Source: Squalus acanthias (lineage: Eukaryota). Taken from it: 64,000 bases of DNA. The translations under genes were made by a program, and so were the position numbers. The stretch is taken from contig CM059432.1 of assembly GCA_030390025.1 (NCBI GenBank), positions 78,742,001-78,806,000 of the forward strand. The letters are read 5' to 3'. Of the stretch, positions 60,191-64,000 are shown piece by piece. Within the stretch, counting starts at the first letter, position 1, and each line of letters starts with the position of its first letter. Below the pieces are notes generated by a model. It searched no databases. It saw nothing but the letters and a program-made list of their open reading frames with translations, and was not told the DNA's origin.

Positions 60191-61849
60191 AGTTTCCTAT
60201 ATGCCTATAGATGGTGCATAACTTGGGGAGAGTAGGCTTTGCTCGTCTATGTACTATTTTTTATTACAGGGAAAGTAGATAACTTGCTCCCAGTCTTAGC
60301 CAATGCTGCTCTTGAATCAGCTGTCAGCAGGTATGTGGGGGGAAGGGGGGGGTGGGGTAGAGGAATTATCCTTTCCTCCTCCTTGTGCTCTGTCTAATAG
60401 TAACATTGACATGATTATTCCCCCACTTCAGTTTTTAATTGTGTGCTTTCTGTATGATCTTTTCTAATACATGTAACGCCCCAATATCCTGTAATTAGTA
60501 GTAATCCTATAATCCACTGATATTCACTCTAACTACAGCCAGATTCCCACTGCACTGCACCAGGTGCGGTCAGGCTCTGCAGTTGATGCCACTTTCAGGC
60601 CACAACTGTCTCCCTATCTTTTGGACTCCGGTTTTGTGTGAAGGTGACAACTCTGAACTGGGAGCCTCGGTCAGAGTTGTTCTGTACTTGGACTTCACAC
60701 GTCAAATCCGGCCTGAACCAAACCGAGAGATCGCACAAAGGGCAGCGGGTTCTTTTGGGGCACTTCTAACGGCACGTCGTCCTAAACTCAGCTCAGCACC
60801 AACCTTTCCAAACCACTCCCTGAGCATGGACACAATAAAGGAGAGTTTTCATAGAATAATAGAACCTACAGCCCAGGAAGAGGATATTCAGCCCCCGGTG
60901 CCTGTGCTGGTTCGCTCTCCTGTAACCCCATTTCCCACCTAGATCCTTTTATATTCTTTCTCAGTTCAAAAACCTTCCTTCTCACTGCCCCCTTGGTTCC
61001 AGTGAGAACCCTCAGTCTCAGTCCCCTTGTTCCTTATTTGCCCACCAGTGGAAATAATCTCTCAATATTTACCCATTATTTTGCCTTCAGGTTCCTATGC
61101 CCTATTTTCTGGAAGTCCATCCCTAAACCCTACTGCAACTCTACCTCCCTCTCTTCCATCAATACCCTCTTTAAAACCCAGCTATGACCAAGCTTTTGGT
61201 CACTCCACCCGATATCTACTTCTTTGACTTGCCATCTATTTTTTCTTCTTGCACCTCTGTAAAGTGTCTCTTTTATGTTAAAGCTGATGTATAAATGCAT
61301 GTAGTTGTTGCTTGTCCAATTAGGACCACCCCATCTGTTAAGGCATTGGCTTGCAGATTTATCTAAAGCTATGAGGGAAGAATCCTAAATCACTGACCGA
61401 ACAATGAACCTGGCTGGTGGGGGAATCATCAACCGTACCCTGGAATACTTTATTTGTACCAGGATCAAGTATCAGATTACTGAGTCTGCCAAAGAAGGTT
61501 TCCTCCGTTCCAATCATCCAGCACCTGGTGTGTCATCTTGGAACCAACTCAACCCCAGAGACCTCACTTACCTCACCCCAAAAACGATGGTCAATAGTTG
61601 GTCACGCTTTGCATTTGTGGTTGATCTTCATGAGAGAACTCCACTAATGTGATAGTCTAAATGTCCAGGTTAATGGTTTTCGTTAGAGAAGAATTAAATT
61701 TCAACTGTGTAACTCATCAACAATGAAAAGTTAGAAGCATAAATGTTTCATAACTATGGGTCTAATCTGTACATATACGCATTAATGTTACACTTCCACC
61801 ACTTATACCATTGAGTCACAGAGTAAAACTAGACTTCAATTAAGTATTC

Positions 61850-62242
61850 TTACACACCCTTCCCTGGATGCAACACCTGCACTTTCACCTCCTCTTACAC
61901 TACCGTCCAGAGACCCAAACACTCCTGCGTGACACAGAAATTTACATGTACTTCCTCTGGGGAGTTATATTCACTGCTCACAGAATGGTCCCTCTACAGT
62001 GGGGAGACCAAATTGTTGATTAGGTGACTGCTTTGGCAAACACCTCCATTCTGTCCGCAAGTGTCTATATCTTCTGATTGTATTAATATGCCTGTCCATT
62101 TTTTTGCAGTTTTGAAGAGTCTGCACTTGAAATGCGAACCTGTCTCTTTTCTCCACTGATGCTGACTGACCTGCTGATGGTTTTCTGCAATTTCTGTTTT
62201 TATTTCAGATTTCCACCATCTGCAGTTTTTTTCTTTTTGCAT
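61850..62242 (+). mobile_element. Degraded Penelope-like fragment
   Basis: Decayed GIY-YIG-region sequence similar to 40560-40780, followed by the same 3' tail. Confidence 0.7.
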
Positions 62243-62394
62243 TAAGTACTTTTGTAGTGTAGTCACTGTTATGTAGGCAAATGTGGCCAGCTTTCACACA
62301 AGGAAGCTGTTTTTGGTTGAGGAGGAATGCTGGCCAGGTCACTGGGCAATCTCCTTGCTCTTCAAATTGCATAATTAAATCATTTACATCTCAT

Positions 62395-64000
62395 TCATAG
62401 AATCATAGAAAGTTACAGCACAGAAGGAGGCCATTTCGGCCCATCGTGTCCGCGCCGGCCAACAAAGAGCTATCCAGCCTAATCCTACTTCCCAGCTCTT
62501 GGTCCGTAGCCCTGCAGGTTACCGCATCCCAAGTGTACATCCAAGTACTTTTTAAATGTGGTTAGGGTTCCTGCCTCTACCACCCTTTCAGGCAGTGAGT
62601 TCCAGACCCCCACAACCCTTTGGGTGAAGAAATTTTCCCTCAAATCCCCTCTAATCCTTCCACCAGTTACTTTAAATCTGTGCCCCCTGGTTTTTGACCC
62701 CTCTGCTAAGGGAAATAGGTCCTTTCTATCCACTTTATCTAGGCCCCTCATAATTTTGTACACCTCAATAAGGTCTCCCCTCCGCTTCCTCCGTTCCAAG
62801 GAAAACAAACCCAGCCTATCCAGTCTTTCCTCATAGCTAAGATTCCCTACTCCCAGCAACATCCTTGTAAATCTCTGTACCCTCTCTAGTGCAATCACAT
62901 CTTTCCTGTAATGTGATGACCAGAACTGCACGAAGTACTCTAGCTGAGGCCTAACTAGTGTTTTATACAGTTGAAGCATAACCCCCCTGCTCTTATATTC
63001 TATGATGCGGAGATATATATTCTATGCCACGGCTAATAAAGGCAAGCATTCCATATGCCTTCTTAACCACCTTATCTACCTGGCCTGCTACCTTCAGGGA
63101 TCTGTGGACATGCACTCCAAGGTCCCTTTGTTCCTCTACACTACTCAGTGTCCTACCATTTAACGTGTATTCCCTTTCCTTGTTAGCCCTCCCCAAATGC
63201 ATTACCTCACACTTCTCCGGATTGAGTTCCATCTGCCACTGTTCTGCCCACCTGACCAATTTATTGATATCTTCCTGCAGTCTACAGCTTCCTTCTTCAG
63301 TATCAACCACACAGCCGATTTTAGTATCATCTGCAAACTTCTTAATCATACCCCCTATATTCAAGTCTAGATCATTGATATATACCACAAAAAGCAAGGG
63401 ACCTAGTACTGAGCCCTGTGGAACCCCACTGGAAACAGCCTTCCAGTCACAAAAACACCCATCAACCATTACCCTCTGCTTCCTGCCTCTGAGCCAGTTT
63501 TGAATCCAACTTGACACTTTGCCCTGGATCCCATGGGCTTTTAACTTCGTGACCAGTCTGCCATGTGGAACCTTATCAAAAGCCTTGCTAAAGGCCATAT
63601 ACACTACATCAAACGCACTACCCTCCTTGTTACCTCCCCAAAAAATTCAATCAAGTTTGTCAGACATGACCTTCCCTTAACAAATCTGTGCTGACTATCC
63701 TTGATTAATCCGTGTCTTTCTAAATGAAGATTTATCCTGTCCTTCAGAATTCTTTCGAATAATTTTCCCACCACCGAGGTTAGGCTGACTGGCCTGTAAT
63801 TACTCGGTCTATCCTTTTCTCCCTTTTTAAACAAGGATACCACATTAGCAGTCCTCCGGCACCACACCTGAAGCCAGAGAGGATTGGAAAATGGTCAGCA
63901 CCTCTGCTATTTCCTCTTTTGCTTCGCTTAACAGCCTGGGATACATTTCATCCGGGCCTGGGGATTTATCCACTTTTAAAGCTGCTAACCCCCTTAATAC
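62395..64000 (-). mobile_element. CR1 LINE 3' part, runs off the window
   Basis: [33 protein letters not shown]-terminus; tail (TTCTATGA)n; frameshifts. Confidence 0.95.

Overview
Vertebrate intergenic DNA, very probably from a cartilaginous fish (shark). The taxon is inferred from the repeats: dense shark-type CR1 LINEs, Deu-domain SINEs and Penelope tails. Only one host protein-coding gene is recognisable: an intact, intronless RRS1 (57197-58204, +) with a CpG-rich promoter. The rest is a nested transposon landscape. (1) At least three families of two-gene PIF/Harbinger DNA transposons, including a full-length 4.2 kb copy (42620-46846, TTA TSD, 12-bp TIR). It carries a HARBI1-like DDE transposase convergent with a spliced 3-exon Myb/SANT partner gene that ends in a coiled coil, an AT-hook and an RRSTR motif. 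Many Harbinger-type MITEs are also present. (2) A young, intact Gypsy LTR retrotransposon (11014-15523) with a YLDN RT motif and an LTR-complementary, probably self-priming PBS. (3) A Penelope-like insertion with a GIY-YIG domain and a minimal hammerhead ribozyme. (4) About a dozen CR1 fragments, several nested or rearranged. Unexplained structures include a ~180-bp inverted duplication whose breakpoints sit exactly at Harbinger termini, an orphan double-CRE promoter-like island, and an unidentified retroposed insert just upstream of RRS1. All calls come from reading the sequence by eye; no database search was run.
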